Source: Dokdonella sp. (GTDB lineage Bacteria; Pseudomonadota; Gammaproteobacteria; Xanthomonadales; Rhodanobacteraceae). From it: 64,000 bases of DNA. Of the stretch, positions 63,169 through 64,000 are shown piece by piece. Position 1 is the first letter of the stretch; each line of letters opens with the position of its first letter. The stretch covers positions 1,616,894 to 1,680,893 of the forward strand of contig NZ_JAHCAS010000001.1 in NCBI RefSeq assembly GCF_019634775.1, given 5' to 3'. A program made the position numbers and the translations under genes. The notes under the pieces were generated by a model. It was given only the letters and a program-made list of their open reading frames with translations. It was not told the DNA's origin and did no database searches.

Positions 63169-63771
63169 ATGCGTTCAAGGTCCCCGAAACCCGCGCCGGC
63201 GCGCGTCGGCCACCTGCGCATCGTCGCCGGCGAGCTGCGCGGCAGCCGCATCGAAGTGGTCGATGCGCCCGGTCTGCGGCCGACCGGCGACCGCGTGCGC
63301 GAAACGTTGTTCAACTGGCTGGCCCCGGTGATCGCCGGGTCGCGCTGCCTCGATCTCTATGCCGGCAGCGGTGCGCTCGGCATCGAGGCGATCTCGCGCG
63401 GCGCAGCGCACTGCACGTTCGTCGAGCGTGAGCGCGCGCTGGCGAAACGCATTGAGGACACGTTGTCGCGCCTGCGCGTCGCCGACCGCGCGCGCGTCGT
63501 CTGCGCCGATGCGCAAGGCTGGCTCGGCGGCGAGGCGACGCCATTCGATCTCGTCTTTCTCGATCCGCCGTTCGAGGCGGATCTGTGGGAAGGCGCGGCG
63601 CGCCGGCTCGAGGAAGGCGGTTGGCTCGCGCCCGAGGCGTGGATCTACATCGAATCGCCGCTGGCCTTGGCGCCTGCGTTGCCGGCGGCGTGGCACGAGC
63701 ATCGCGTGGGCCAGGCCGGGCAGGTGCGCTACGCGCTCCATCGCCGCCTGCCGCATGATCCGTTAAGCTAG
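63169..63771 (+). CDS. rsmD: 16S rRNA (guanine966-N2)-methyltransferase
   Basis: ATG 63169 within ORF 62932..63771. Motifs: LRIVAGELRGSRI..RPTGDRVRETLFNWL, DLYAGSGALGIEAISRGA, FLDPPF. It is divergent from ftsY, as in many gammaproteobacteria. Confidence 0.92.
   Translation: MRSRSPKPAPARVGHLRIVAGELRGSRIEVVDAPGLRPTGDRVRETLFNWLAPVIAGSRCLDLYAGSGALGIEAISRGAAHCTFVERERALAKRIEDTLSRLRVADRARVVCADAQGWLGGEATPFDLVFLDPPFEADLWEGAARRLEEGGWLAPEAWIYIESPLALAPALPAAWHEHRVGQAGQVRYALHRRLPHDPLS

Positions 63772-64000
<229 letters not shown>

Noticed and set aside
60960-63314. 784-aa minus ORF apparently fusing mutY to upstream sequence. There are similar 5' over-extensions elsewhere: tamB 4681-5121, modA 36383-36805, GH5 23805-24263, hsdR 55323-55523, the giant protein 18549-19193, and the secreted protein 44083-44328.
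   Set aside because: The extended parts are Arg/Pro-rich. They overlap well-supported neighbouring genes (ftsY, tamA, prmC, the ATPase, and others) or REP elements. Internal starts give canonical N-termini, signal peptides and RBS spacing.

Overview
This window looks like a high-GC bacterial chromosome segment; sampled 60-nt lines in core genes are about 70% GC. Gene content and REP-type palindromes suggest a Xanthomonadales/Lysobacterales-like gammaproteobacterium, but that is inference only. Most of it is recognisable core: a partial S8 peptidase, tamA-tamB, an ndvB-like GH17-GT2 glucan synthase, rnpB, gspL-M-N, an IMPase-family gene, prmC, a GH5 glycanase, dxs, an HNH nuclease, a GNAT, an acyl-CoA dehydrogenase, modABC, an SPFH protein, DUF1684, a rhomboid protease, recQ, apaG-apaH, tRNA-Phe, yggX-mutY, ftsY, rsmD and coaD. 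The parts worth attention are these. (1) 15.6-23.3 kb holds a co-directional trio of uncharacterised envelope proteins: VIT-vWA-DUF2135, a small PycTM/DUF5706-like membrane protein, and a 1372-aa double-module membrane protein. Two of them share a VTGSR[IM]RRAD motif. (2) About 50.8-59.9 kb is a roughly 9-kb island abutting the 3' end of tRNA-Phe. It carries a complete type I R-M system (hsdM-hsdS-hsdR) interrupted by a RhuM-like stub and an AAA ATPase with a PD-(D/E)xK-like C-terminus, followed by an SRAP peptidase; no integrase is present. (3) A head-to-tail array of 14.7 copies of a 42/43-bp REP-derived unit lies between convergent genes. (4) A ~50% GC orphan gene for a secreted Cys-containing protein has a G10 tract upstream. 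(5) A pentaheme cytochrome carries dockerin-like repeats and an IPTL/PEP-CTERM-like tail. Many long ORFs in the track are antisense or out-of-frame artefacts of high GC. The track also writes M for TTG/GTG starts, so several starts were re-placed by hand. All family assignments come from motif recognition by eye; no searches were run.
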